Shown here one piece after another: positions 10,312-20,260 of a stretch of 64,000 nucleotides of DNA. The stretch comes from Desulfuromonadales bacterium (lineage in GTDB: Bacteria > Desulfobacterota > Desulfuromonadia > Desulfuromonadales > Syntrophotaleaceae): assembly GCA_003561875.1 (NCBI GenBank), contig PWVL01000075.1:2042-66041 (forward strand), in the 5' to 3' direction. A model generated the notes under the pieces. The model saw only the letters and a list, made by a program, of their open reading frames with translations, was not told the DNA's origin and searched no databases. Within the stretch, counting starts at the first letter, position 1, and the number at the start of each line of letters is the position of its first letter. The position numbers were made by a program, and so were the translations under genes.

Positions 10312-10555
10312 CTTTTTGACTCCTTTTTTCGCTACGCGCCCGGACGCATTGTTGCCCCTCGGCAACGTTAGAAAAAGACAGGCCGTGATGACCCCGGCCC
10401 ACCCGAACAACCCATTGCTGTCGCCAGGTCCGGAAACCACCGCCGCTTAATTCATCCCTTTTAACATGCAGGGCAAGGGAAATCAAGCCGGTTTGGGAAT
10501 TTTTTTCACTGCAACGGATCTGCTGCAATACAGCGTTTGATTTTTCCCGCAGACC

Positions 10556-12241
10556 TTACTTCAACAGCAAGCCGCCGATATGACGCCGATCGAGAGCGGC
10601 GGAATCCAGTCCGCAGAATTCCTCATCCCAGACGTCGAGACAAAAGTCACCGAAAAGTCCGGCACCTTCTTCGAGGGACTCCAACCAGGCTCTCGTCTCA
10701 CTACGCAACACCTCAGAAACGCTCCCGTTCTCAGAAATACAGGTATGCAACTTCGACACCTCGGAAAGTCTCAGCGGGAGAGGCGCAAAATCGCGCCCGA
10801 GAGTCCGGTTGGCCAGGGCGGTTAGAAACAGGTCGGAGAGCGTCATGGCTTCGTCATGCTGCCCTCCGGTCTCGTCCGTCGCGGCAGCAAACCCGCTCAA
10901 CTCAAAACCAAAATGCTCTTCGAATAAACGCCGTTGTATTTCAATTTCAGCCAGTCGCAATTCTGTTTTCCGCAGTTGTCGCAATTCGACAAAGGGACTT
11001 TCTCCCGCCCACCGGTCGCTTTCAAAAGACCGGCAATATTTAGGAAAACGCCCCCGTAAGGAGCCAATCAGCGCCGCATAGGGACCGTCCAGAAATGAGC
11101 CGATGGAGGATTCGAACAACCGAACCGCCTCCCGGCGGAGTCGCTCAACAAGATTGTGGGCCAACTGAAACAACGCCTGCAGGTAGATGCCCGCAAACAG
11201 CTCTCGGGCCTTCTCCAGAGACGAGCCGCAGAGATGTTCAAGAGCAATGTTCAGGTATCCGTAAACACGCTCGAGGGTCTCCTGTGCCGCCACGCGATCA
11301 CCGACATCCACACCGTCGGCCACCATCACCCGGTTGAGCAGATAACTCAGATCCCACGCCGTCACGGAATCCACCCCGGAGGTCAGAACCGCGGTCAGCA
11401 GAGGACAGGAAGGGATTTCGGTCAAAGCAAAACCCGGTGCCACCGGGTACGGTTCGTTCAGCGACGAAGGACGGGCATAACGGGCGACATCGAAAGTGTC
11501 GCAATCCAGCCGGGCATAAACCTGCCGGGCCTCGGAAAAATCCGGAAACCCGTATTCAAGGAGTCGCAGTCGTCTCTGCTGGTAAACCTCCTCCTCCAGA
11601 ACACTCGGCAATTCGCTCCGCAACGCCTCGGCCAAACGAAAGAAGAAAGTCCTGTGCTGCTCAAACAGGGAGCGCAACAGCGCCTCCAGAGGCTTGGCTC
11701 GTTCCTCATCGCCGAAAGCAAATTCGTAGGGCATCACTGCCGAATTCGGCTTCCATTCATCACCTATCAACTCTTCCGGTCCTCGAACCAGAGTGATGGA
11801 GCGTTGCAGTATCAACACCAGCAGATCGAAATCAAATTCCAGCAGGCGTTGTACGGGGTCTTCACCGTCCCAATCAAGGCTGGTCAACAGCCATTCCAGA
11901 GAGCTGTCGCCGTCGAACCGGTCGCCCTGCCAACTGTCCAGATCGATGCCGACCGCGATCTGTTCCGGCGTTGCCATGGGCAGTAATTCCTGGACATCTT
12001 CCCTGCCAAGCTCCTTGACTAACAGAAACAGGTCCTGCGGCGGCAGCTGGGTGACCATTTGCTGTCCATCCTCGGCGTCCAGCAGCAAATCGTATTTGTC
12101 CCGCCCCCGGGCGGCATGAATCACCGCAAGACGTTCCTCTGCGGGCAGGGCATTCAATTCCCGGGCTCGCAGAGCCCTGTTATCCCGTGGCAGAAACCGA
12201 ACTACTTTGCCCTCGCCATCTGTAATTTTCCGCTGACCCAT
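10556..12241 (-). CDS. Conserved hypothetical protein (recalled as DUF6178-like; MgtE-N-like helical N-terminus)
   Basis: 561-aa acidic, helical ORF with coding-like composition. The family assignment is from memory only and no catalytic motif was recognised. Confidence 0.55.
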   Translation of the reverse strand: MGQRKITDGEGKVVRFLPRDNRALRARELNALPAEERLAVIHAARGRDKYDLLLDAEDGQQMVTQLPPQDLFLLVKELGREDVQELLPMATPEQIAVGIDLDSWQGDRFDGDSSLEWLLTSLDWDGEDPVQRLLEFDFDLLVLILQRSITLVRGPEELIGDEWKPNSAVMPYEFAFGDEERAKPLEALLRSLFEQHRTFFFRLAEALRSELPSVLEEEVYQQRRLRLLEYGFPDFSEARQVYARLDCDTFDVARYARPSSLNEPYPVAPGFALTEIPSCPLLTAVLTSGVDSVTAWDLSYLLNRVMVADGVDVGDRVAAQETLERVYGYLNIALEHLCGSSLEKARELFAGIYLQALFQLAHNLVERLRREAVRLFESSIGSFLDGPYAALIGSLRGRFPKYCRSFESDRWAGESPFVELRQLRKTELRLAEIEIQRRLFEEHFGFELSGFAAATDETGGQHDEAMTLSDLFLTALANRTLGRDFAPLPLRLSEVSKLHTCISENGSVSEVLRSETRAWLESLEEGAGLFGDFCLDVWDEEFCGLDSAALDRRHIGGLLLK

Positions 12242-12542
12242 ACTAATTCGTTACTCCCGAAAATTCGTTTTGGTATTTCCCCTGAAAGGTGAGAGGGCAG
12301 ATGACTCCCTATAACCAGGCAGGCCGTCCACTGGTCTTCGCTGGCAACACCATCACCCTTGGCTGTAAAACCCGTTAAAATAGGTCACCCAGGGCCTTGC
12401 GTCAAGGCACGATTTTCGCAAAGCCTTTTTACAAACGATTTCATCTTTAAATTGGCCTTCGGCAATGTTATCATTCAGAGGACTGTGCTGTGCCGATACC
12501 GACGCTCTTGAGGTGCGGAGAGGCATGAGGAGACGGCCGAAA

Positions 12543-13715
12543 ATGAAAAAATCAACAACATTGCTGACCAGCATCACCGGCCTGCTGCTCGCCTGCTGCC
12601 TGTTAGTTTCGCCTTCTGTGGCCGCCAACCGCAGCAAAAGCTTCAGCATCTCCCCCATGATCGGCGGCTACGTTTTTGAGGGCAACCAGGATCTGGACAA
12701 CTCCCTGACCTACAGTCTCGGGCTGGGATATAACCTGACCGACACCTGGAGCACAGAATTCGTTCTCAACTACTTTAGCACCACCGACACGCGGGAAGAC
12801 CATCGTTCCAGCGTCGACGGGCTGGTGTATCGTCTGGACGCTCTCTATCATTTCATGCCGGGCAGAACACTGGTTCCCTACGTTGCCGGCGGCCTCGGAG
12901 GCATATATCTCGACACGGAGCGTGGTGGTTCCAGTACCAATTTTCTACTGGATTACGGTATTGGCCTCAAATACTTCCTCACTCAGGATCTGGCACTTCG
13001 CGGCGACATTCGCCACATCCTGACCTTTGGCGACCCCGAAAACAACTTCACCTACAGCGCCGGCCTGACTTATCTGGTGGGAGGCCGCCCAGCAGAGCCG
13101 CCCAGGCCCCTACGGGCCGATTCGACGGGGTTGCCGACGGCAGCTGCGGAGCCCTCCGACTCTCGCAAATCGGCGGCCCCGAATCCATCGTATAAAGAGC
13201 TGGAAGGTGTTAACGAACGGGATGACCGGTGTCCGAACACTCTTTCGAAAGTCCCGGTGGTCCGACACAGTTGCCCACCGGACGCGGACGGCGACAGCGT
13301 TTCCGACTATCGTGATGCCTGCCCCGGCGCCTCTCCCGGCCTGCTGGTCGATGATCAGGGCTGCCCCGTATCCCTGACCCTTTCGGTGGAGTTTGATGTG
13401 GACAAGTACGACATCAAGCCCCGTTACCACGACGAACTGAACCGGGGTGCCAACTTCGTCCGGCGTTTTGCTCAGCACAAAATCCTGGTGGCCGGCCACA
13501 CCGACTCCACAGGCAGCGAAAACTACAACGAAGCCTTGTCTCAGCGCCGCGCCGAAAGCGTCCGCGATTATCTCATTGACCACTTTGGCATCGACGGAGA
13601 CATACTTCTGGCCCGGGGCTTTGGTAAAACAACCCCCATCGCCGGCAACGACACCGTTGAAGGCCGCCAGCTCAACCGCCGGGTGGAACTGGCCTGTTGC
13701 GCCGCTCCCCGCTGA
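12543..13715 (+). CDS. OmpA-family outer-membrane protein (beta-barrel + thrombospondin-type-3-like repeat + OmpA C-terminal domain)
   Basis: Signal peptide MKKSTTLLTSITGLLLACCLLVSPSVAA. Alternating-hydrophobic barrel strands. A CPPDADGDSVSDYRDACP calcium-binding repeat. C-terminal VAGHTDSTGSENYNEALSQRRAESV...NRRVEL peptidoglycan-binding motif. GAGGAG lies 11 nt upstream of ATG 12543. Confidence 0.9.
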   Translation: MKKSTTLLTSITGLLLACCLLVSPSVAANRSKSFSISPMIGGYVFEGNQDLDNSLTYSLGLGYNLTDTWSTEFVLNYFSTTDTREDHRSSVDGLVYRLDALYHFMPGRTLVPYVAGGLGGIYLDTERGGSSTNFLLDYGIGLKYFLTQDLALRGDIRHILTFGDPENNFTYSAGLTYLVGGRPAEPPRPLRADSTGLPTAAAEPSDSRKSAAPNPSYKELEGVNERDDRCPNTLSKVPVVRHSCPPDADGDSVSDYRDACPGASPGLLVDDQGCPVSLTLSVEFDVDKYDIKPRYHDELNRGANFVRRFAQHKILVAGHTDSTGSENYNEALSQRRAESVRDYLIDHFGIDGDILLARGFGKTTPIAGNDTVEGRQLNRRVELACCAAPR

Positions 13716-13906
13716 GACCGCCACAAACGACCTGCGGGTCGAAAACCGAAACAGGCATTTCCCTTTACGGTCCGACCTGTTTCTGTAACCGCCTGCCCTA
13801 AATTACCTTCAACGGGATGTTGGCAAAGTCACCCACCGGGCATCCACAGATTGTTTTTCAAGAACCCTGCAGTCTTAAAAATTTCCTCGCAACCGGTCCG
13901 GGATGG

Positions 13907-14752
13907 TCAGCCTCCGGCACTGGCCGAAAAGTCCGGCAGAGCAAAATCGACCCATACCGGGCAGTGGTCCGAAGGTCGTTGCATGGCGCGGATGTGATAG
14001 TCGATGCCTCCCGCCAGACAACAAGCCGCTAGCGACCGACTGGCAAGAATCAAATCGATACGCAAGCCCCGTTTCGGCTCCCGCTCAAAACCCTGACTGC
14101 GGTAATCAAACCAACTGAAACGATCCGGCCCTGTCGAATGAAGCAGGCGGTAGGTATCGACTAGCCCCCAGTCCTGAAGTTCCTGAAACCACTGGCGCTC
14201 TTCCGGCAAAAAACAGCACTTGCCGGTGCGCAGCCAGCGCCGAGCGTTTTCTACGCCGATACCAATATCCCGTTCCTCCGGTGCCACATTGAAGTCTCCG
14301 AGAACCAGCAGCCGGTCTTCCGGCGAAAAATGGTGCCGAATAAAGGCATGAAGCTTGGTGAAAAAGCGGGCCTTGGCAGGAAATTTTTGCGGATGGTCGC
14401 GTCTCTCCCCCTGGGGAAAGTAGCCGTTGAGCACCCAAAGAGATCGACCGTCGTCGAGTCGGTAGTCTGCCGCCAGCAGCCGCCGCTGGGCCTCCTGGCC
14501 CTCGTCGGGAAATCCTCGCTGCACACGGGCCGGTTCCCTGAGGGACAGCAAAGCCACACCATAGTGGCTTTTCTGTCCGAAACAGACCGGATGGTAACCC
14601 ATCTCCCTTACCGCGTCGGCTGGAAACTCCTCGTCTCGCACCTTGATTTCCTGTAGCGCGACAATATCAGGTTGGTGGCGTTCGACAAGACTCTGCAACT
14701 GATGCAGACGGGCACGAATTCCGTTGACATTGAAGGAAACAATCTTCACCAA
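13907..14752 (-). CDS. xthA: Exodeoxyribonuclease III
   Basis: MVKIVSFNVNGIRARLHQL...DIVALQEIK...SDHCPVWVDF are canonical EEP/ExoIII motifs. Confidence 0.95.
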   Translation of the reverse strand: MVKIVSFNVNGIRARLHQLQSLVERHQPDIVALQEIKVRDEEFPADAVREMGYHPVCFGQKSHYGVALLSLREPARVQRGFPDEGQEAQRRLLAADYRLDDGRSLWVLNGYFPQGERRDHPQKFPAKARFFTKLHAFIRHHFSPEDRLLVLGDFNVAPEERDIGIGVENARRWLRTGKCCFLPEERQWFQELQDWGLVDTYRLLHSTGPDRFSWFDYRSQGFEREPKRGLRIDLILASRSLAACCLAGGIDYHIRAMQRPSDHCPVWVDFALPDFSASAGG

Positions 14753-14779
14753 AAACTCCCTTTGGGGCCGAATAAAGAA

Positions 14780-16579
14780 TCAACGACTTCGAAGAATTTC
14801 GAGTATTTCCCTGCCGTAACGTTCCAGTTTGCGGCGACCCACGCCGTTGATTTCCAGCAGGGCGGCTTCATCCTGCGGTCGAAGACCGGCCATTTCCTGC
14901 AGGGTCGCATCACTGAAGACCACAAAGGGCGGCACCTGATCACGCTCGGCCAGAGTCTTGCGCAGAGCCCGCAGGGCTTCAAACATTTCCGGATCGGCTT
15001 CCACTTCGACGGGGTTCTTGCGGGTCGACTTTCTGGAAGCAGAAACGCGTATTCGGGGACGAGCCAGCTTAACAACCTCGTCGCCGCGCAGCAAAGGCCG
15101 GGCGGCCTCCGTCAGCCTCAGAACCGAATAGTTAGCGAGATCCTGTTCCAGATATCCCAGATGAATCAACTGTCGCAAAAGGCTACCCCAGTCCTCACGG
15201 CTTCGGTGACAGCCGATACCGTAGGTCGACAGTCGGTGATGCCCGAAGTGCTCTATGCGCCGGTTTTTGGCTCCCAGCAACACGTCAATCACATAGCCGG
15301 CACCAAAACGCTGTCCGACTCGAAACACGCAGGAAAGGACCTTTCGGGCATCTTCAGTGGCATCGTAGAGTTCGGGGGGATTAAGGCAGTTATCGCAGTT
15401 GCCGCAGTCCGTCGCCAAGGGCTCGCCGAAGTAGCCGAGCAGCACCCGTCGGCGGCAGAGTCTGGCTTCGGCAAAGGCGACCATGGCATTGAGTTTGTGC
15501 AGATCGATCCGTTTCTGGTTTTCGTTGCGCCCCTGTTCAATGAGCCCGCGACTGATGGCAATATCTCCGTAACCGAAGAGCAACAGCGCGTCCGCAGGCA
15601 GACCGTCACGACCGGCGCGCCCCGTTTCCTGATAATAGCTTTCAATGTTTTTGGGCAGGTCGTAATGGACGACAAAACGGACATTGGATTTGTCGATCCC
15701 CATACCGAAGGCCACGGTGGCCACCACCACCTGCAGATCTTCCCGTACAAAAGCCTCCTGTACCCGCCGTCGTTCCTCATCGCTCAATCCGGCATGGTAG
15801 GGGGCCGCGGAAATCCCCTGATGGCATAATTTCTCCGCCACCGCTTCCACCCGCTTGCGGCTCAGCGCGTAGACAATCCCCGACTTCCGCCCCTGGCGGG
15901 AAAAAAAATCTGCCAACTGACGAGCCGGCTTGTTCTTTTCAACCACCGTGTAACGGATATTGGGACGATCGAAACCGGCGACAAAATGGGCCGCCCCGCC
16001 CAAATCGAGACGCTGCAGAATATCCTGTCGGGTCTGGGTATCCGCGGTGGCCGTCAGAGCAATGACCGGCACTTCAGGAAACAACTTGCGCAACCGACCG
16101 AGCTGCACATATTCGGGTCGAAAATCGTGCCCCCACTGGGACACGCAGTGAGCCTCATCGATGGCGAATAGAGCCACTGGCAGGGTTCGCAGGCGCTCCA
16201 GAAAGCCATCGCTCATCAAACGCTCAGGCGCCACATAGAGCAGGTCCAGCTGACCGGCATGCCATCGGGCCAGAACCTGACGGGCTTCCGCACCGCGCAG
16301 GGACGAATTGTAAAAGGCCGCGCGCACGCCGTTGATCCGCAGTGCGTCGACCTGGTCTTTCATCAGGCTGATCAGAGGCGATACTACAATGCCGGTGCCG
16401 GGTCTGTGCAGGGCGGGCAGTTGATAACAGAGGGATTTGCCGCCGCCGGTGGGCATGAGCACGAAAGCGCTTTGACCGTGAATCAGACCCTCGACGATCG
16501 GCCGCTGAAACGGCCGAAAGGAGCGAAAGCCAAAGACACTCTGCAATGTTTCCAGGGGATCCTGATTTATCCGGGGCAT
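14780..16579 (-). CDS. recQ: ATP-dependent DNA helicase RecQ
   Basis: 599 aa with FGFRSFRPFQ, MPTGGGKSLCYQLPA, DEAHCVSQWGHDFRPEY, a zinc-binding CRRR...CGNCDNC motif and a C-terminal HRDC domain. Confidence 0.96.
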   Translation of the reverse strand: MPRINQDPLETLQSVFGFRSFRPFQRPIVEGLIHGQSAFVLMPTGGGKSLCYQLPALHRPGTGIVVSPLISLMKDQVDALRINGVRAAFYNSSLRGAEARQVLARWHAGQLDLLYVAPERLMSDGFLERLRTLPVALFAIDEAHCVSQWGHDFRPEYVQLGRLRKLFPEVPVIALTATADTQTRQDILQRLDLGGAAHFVAGFDRPNIRYTVVEKNKPARQLADFFSRQGRKSGIVYALSRKRVEAVAEKLCHQGISAAPYHAGLSDEERRRVQEAFVREDLQVVVATVAFGMGIDKSNVRFVVHYDLPKNIESYYQETGRAGRDGLPADALLLFGYGDIAISRGLIEQGRNENQKRIDLHKLNAMVAFAEARLCRRRVLLGYFGEPLATDCGNCDNCLNPPELYDATEDARKVLSCVFRVGQRFGAGYVIDVLLGAKNRRIEHFGHHRLSTYGIGCHRSREDWGSLLRQLIHLGYLEQDLANYSVLRLTEAARPLLRGDEVVKLARPRIRVSASRKSTRKNPVEVEADPEMFEALRALRKTLAERDQVPPFVVFSDATLQEMAGLRPQDEAALLEINGVGRRKLERYGREILEILRSR

Positions 16580-16608
16580 GGACAGAACTCATGGAGAAAG
16601 GCAGGCCG

Positions 16609-16638
16609 ATACTTCTGGCAAAAATACTTCTGGCAAAA
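16609..16638. repeat. Perfect tandem duplication, 2 x 15 nt (ATACTTCTGGCAAAA)
   Basis: Read directly from the sequence: copies at 16609-16623 and 16624-16638, located 30-60 nt upstream of the recQ start codon. Confidence 0.9.
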
Positions 16639-16876
16639 AGACCAGCCATCAAAAAAACCGACTTCAATGAGAATTTAGAAAACCTTCGCGGACCGGTTAT
16701 TATGTACCCCTCTTCGGGGCCTGTCAATCGGTGCTCCGCTCGGTGAACGGTATCCTTTGCAGCCCAGCAGGGCTTGGTGGTGTCGTTCTTTTGGAACAAG
16801 CGGCCAACTTCTTTGCCTGGCGCTCAGATTTTTACTCAGTCTGCCGAAGGTAACCGCAGGAGTTCTGCAAAAAGGC

Positions 16877-17347
16877 TCATTGGAACAGCGACAGAAACTC
16901 GCCGTAGCCTTCTTTTTGCAGATCGACCAGGGGTATGAAGCGCAGGGCTGCCGAATTCAGGCAGTAGCGCAATCCGGTGGGGGGAGGACCATCTTTGAAG
17001 ACATGGCCGAGATGGGAATCGGCATGCCTGCTGCGCACCTCGATTCTCACCAAGAACCCTCTTCGGTCTTCCTTCTCGACAATATTGTCCGCAACCAGGG
17101 GCCGGGAAAAGCTCGGCCAGCCAGTGCCGGATTCGAATTTGTCCCTGGAACTGAACAAAGGCTCGCCAGAAACGATGTCGACATAAATACCCGGCTCCTG
17201 GTTGTCCCAGTAGGCGTTTCTGAATGGGGGTTCGGTACCATTGTGTCGCGTGACCCTGTACCCCATGGGGGTCAGCCTGCGGCGCAGTTCGGCGTCTTCG
17301 GGAATCCAGTAAGGGCCGCTCCGGTTTCGGTCGTCTTTTGAGTTCAT
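16877..17347 (-). CDS. msrB: Peptide-methionine (R)-S-oxide reductase
   Basis: [13 protein letters not shown]...[11 protein letters not shown]...[24 protein letters not shown]. The start is set at the second ATG (MNSKDD), which has GGAGG 5 nt upstream. Confidence 0.93.
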   Translation of the reverse strand: MNSKDDRNRSGPYWIPEDAELRRRLTPMGYRVTRHNGTEPPFRNAYWDNQEPGIYVDIVSGEPLFSSRDKFESGTGWPSFSRPLVADNIVEKEDRRGFLVRIEVRSRHADSHLGHVFKDGPPPTGLRYCLNSAALRFIPLVDLQKEGYGEFLSLFQ

Positions 17348-17409
17348 GAATTCCTCCTGCATCGCTTTCGAAGGTTTCGCTGCCGGCAGAGTGGACCGCT
17401 GGACCCGGG

Positions 17410-17676
17410 TCAGGATCGCCGGGATTGCCGGCGGGACTGCCGGGACCGTTCAAGATCACCCTGGACCTCCCGCCGGCCGCGTTCATAGACGATCTCCCGC
17501 CCCATGATACTTCCCGCGTAGGCTCGCCCACTGGGTGTCAACAACAACCGGCAGCGGACGCTGTCGGCGCCGGTGCCGAGCAGTACGTCGATGCGGTCGG
17601 CATGCTTGTTCAACACCAGCACCTCGATCAGCCGGCCGCTTTCTGTCACCCGAAGTTTTATTTTTTCGTCTTCCAT
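17410..17676 (-). CDS. Hypothetical small protein (88 aa)
   Basis: The ORF is co-directional with and just upstream of msrB, with a basic C-terminal tail. No recognisable domain. Confidence 0.4.
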   Translation of the reverse strand: MEDEKIKLRVTESGRLIEVLVLNKHADRIDVLLGTGADSVRCRLLLTPSGRAYAGSIMGREIVYERGRREVQGDLERSRQSRRQSRRS

Positions 17677-17982
17677 GGATTGTCACCCTTCCGATACGCG
17701 TGTTGATTGGCAACCATTGTTCAACAGAGTGAAGTTTTGGTCGTCCAACTGATTTTTCTCGATTTTACCAGCAGCCGGCAGTCTTGTCCGACAGTTTCTT
17801 GACAACAACCAGCCGTCGCCTTTTTTTCACAATGATGAGCGCCGCGGGCGCCGCTCCGCCAGTTCAACTCTATTACCCGATTTTTACAAGAGAAAAGAAG
17901 GGTTTTGTTTGCATGAGCCGAGCCAAAGTGTTAGAAGTCTAAATTCAACTATTTCACCCTCAGCGGCGCATAAACGGCCCGG

Positions 17983-18987
17983 GTGCCTAATAAAAAAGGC
18001 CTGTCCATGCCACTCTTCCGCCACTTCGTCCTGACCGGGCTTGCGAGCCTGTGCCTGTTCCTTGGCAGCGGCACCGCCCGGGCTGACCTGCTGCGTGAAA
18101 CCGGGCTGGGCCTGGGCAGCGGCTATCGCAAGGCGGAGCTGTCCTGGAATATTGCCGGTAACCGGAAGGGTACCAGTCCCGACGTGCTTTCCGAGCTCGA
18201 ATGGAAGCATCTTGAAATCTTCCAAACCCGGGCCGAAAGTTTTCTGAGACTTGGGCTTTCCCAATTTCCCAACCTTTCCCTGCTGCTCAGGGGATCGCTG
18301 ACCTGGGGGTGGATTGTCGCGGGCGACAATCGCGACAGCGATTATGCCGGCGATGGCCGTACGCTGGAGTTTTCACGGTCGGAAAACAGCGGCAAAGGCG
18401 GCAATCTGCTGGATCTCTCCGTGGCTGTGGGACCGCAGTTTAAACTGTTCAACGACACCCTGGAGCTGGCTCTGCTGGCGGGATGGTCCTACCATGAACA
18501 GAATCTTAGGATTCGTCGGGGGCGACAGACCCTGTCCGAGCCCGGACTGACCCCCAACACATCTCTTCCGCAGCCCCTCGGACCTTTCCCCGGGCTCGAC
18601 AGCCGTTACGATTCCCGCTGGTGGGGCCCCTGGCTGGGAACGGACCTGCGCTGGCTGCCGACAGCAAAATTATCCCTTTTGGGAAACTTTGCCTGGCATT
18701 TTGCCGACTACCAGGCCAAGGCCAACTGGAACCTTCGCAGCGACCTGGCTCACCCGGTCAGTTTTCGTCACTGGGCCGATGGCCGCGGCCTTGTGCTGGG
18801 CTTAGGTCTGCAGTACCGTGTTGCCCCCAACTGGCGGCTCGCCCTAAACTACCAGTACCAGGACTGGGTGGCGGACAAGGGCATCCACCGGGTTTACCGA
18901 GTCGACGGCGGCAGGGCGGAGAGCCGCTTCAACAGGGTCCACTGGCGATCCCAGTCCGGGATGTTCAGTCTTTGCTACCTGCTTTAA
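17983..18987 (+). CDS. Outer-membrane beta-barrel protein, omptin-like
   Basis: Signal peptide MPLFRHFVLTGLASLCLFLGSGTARA, aromatic-rich alternating strands and a C-terminal ...FSLCYLL. The blocks ELSWNIAGN...SELEWKHLEIFQ and GDNRDSDY resemble OmpT/Pla blocks. This is pattern recognition, not an alignment. The start could instead be Met9 (18007). Confidence 0.6.
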   Translation: MPNKKGLSMPLFRHFVLTGLASLCLFLGSGTARADLLRETGLGLGSGYRKAELSWNIAGNRKGTSPDVLSELEWKHLEIFQTRAESFLRLGLSQFPNLSLLLRGSLTWGWIVAGDNRDSDYAGDGRTLEFSRSENSGKGGNLLDLSVAVGPQFKLFNDTLELALLAGWSYHEQNLRIRRGRQTLSEPGLTPNTSLPQPLGPFPGLDSRYDSRWWGPWLGTDLRWLPTAKLSLLGNFAWHFADYQAKANWNLRSDLAHPVSFRHWADGRGLVLGLGLQYRVAPNWRLALNYQYQDWVADKGIHRVYRVDGGRAESRFNRVHWRSQSGMFSLCYLL

Positions 18988-19261
18988 TCCAGAGATAAAC
19001 ACAACATCGGGATTAGCAGGCCGTTGAAACCAGCAGTGGACCAATTTTTGCCGAAAACTTTTCGGCACCTTGCGAACGGTTTTTTTCGGTATACTTCTTG
19101 ATACTGAAAGCTCACGCGTCGCGGGGAGGTTGTCGAAGTCCTTGGATTTGAGGCGACGGCATCAGTTTTGAGGGCAGACCAGAAGCCACATCGATTTGCG
19201 AGCGACTTTTTTCGGTCCGGGGCGAAGGATCAAACAATCTAAAGGGGAACGAACCACTTTC

Positions 19262-20122
19262 ATGCTGGCCTGCATCCACAAATATTTCTGGCTTGGCGGC
19301 CTGCTTCTACCGTTGCTGCTCGGCGGCGCCGTGGGACACCTGGCTGCCGTTATCACCGAGATTCGCTTATCCGGACCACCGTCCGAGGTTCCGCAGCGTC
19401 GTCCTGAGCCGACAGCTTCGGCGGGCGGCCTTCCCATGCACGCTTACGAACCCATTCTGCAACGCAATATTTTTGATTCGAGGGGGCCCGCCGCCGGTTT
19501 TCTGACGCCGGCATCGGATACTTCGGCAGAGTCGGCGGTCCGTCCCGCCAATCTGGCCTTGCTGGGCACCCTGGTGGCGGGGGATCGATCCCGAGCGCTG
19601 CTTTTCGCAGACCGGGAGACGACCCTTCTGGGTCTTGATGAGGAGCTGCCCGGTGGCGGACGGATCAAACATATCGAACGGCAGCGGGTCGTCATAGGCT
19701 GGCCCGACGGAGCGGAACAAGAGTTGCTCGCTGCCGGGGCGTCCCTGCCCAACCAGGGCCGACCGGCAGCCGACAGTGGCCAGGACATCCGTTCCGCCGG
19801 CGACAATCATTGGCTTATCAGCAGTACGGAAATCGAAAAAGCGCGGGCCAATTTCAATCAACTGATGACCTCGGCCCGGCTGGAACCGAAAATCGTACAA
19901 GGCCAAACCCAGGGTTTTCTGGTGCACATGGTACGACCCAACTCCCTGCTGGCCCGCCTCGATATTCAGCGGGGTGATCTGATCAAGGAAGTTAACGGGG
20001 TGCCTCTCGACAGTCCGGAACGCGCCCTGCAGGTCTTCCAACAACTTCGGGAAGCCCGAAGAGTCACCGTTAACCTTTTGCGGCGGGGGCAGCCCCGGTC
20101 TCACACTTATGAAATCGATTAA
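19262..20122 (+). CDS. gspC: Type II secretion system protein GspC (PDZ-containing)
   Basis: N-terminal TM segment MLACIHKYFWLGGLLLPLLLGG. C-terminal PDZ-like region RLDIQRGDLIKEVNGVPLDSPERALQVF. It is the first gene of the gsp operon. Confidence 0.8.
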   Translation: MLACIHKYFWLGGLLLPLLLGGAVGHLAAVITEIRLSGPPSEVPQRRPEPTASAGGLPMHAYEPILQRNIFDSRGPAAGFLTPASDTSAESAVRPANLALLGTLVAGDRSRALLFADRETTLLGLDEELPGGGRIKHIERQRVVIGWPDGAEQELLAAGASLPNQGRPAADSGQDIRSAGDNHWLISSTEIEKARANFNQLMTSARLEPKIVQGQTQGFLVHMVRPNSLLARLDIQRGDLIKEVNGVPLDSPERALQVFQQLREARRVTVNLLRRGQPRSHTYEID

Positions 20123-20162
20123 ATCTGTAATTGAAAAAACCTTCTCCCTGCTCTTGCGGACG

Positions 20163-20209
20163 GTCGTAAACGAGCGCCCGTCGGCTCGTTGCGGGCGCTC
20201 GTTTACGAC
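20163..20209 (+). repeat. Perfect 18-bp inverted repeat (hairpin) between gspC and gspD
   Basis: GTCGTAAACGAGCGCCCG (20163-20180), an 11-nt loop, then CGGGCGCTCGTTTACGAC (20192-20209). No T-run follows. Confidence 0.9.
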
Positions 20210-20260
20210 TCCCTTGAATTATTCATTGTGGTTACAATGACCGAAAAGGAGCGCGATACG

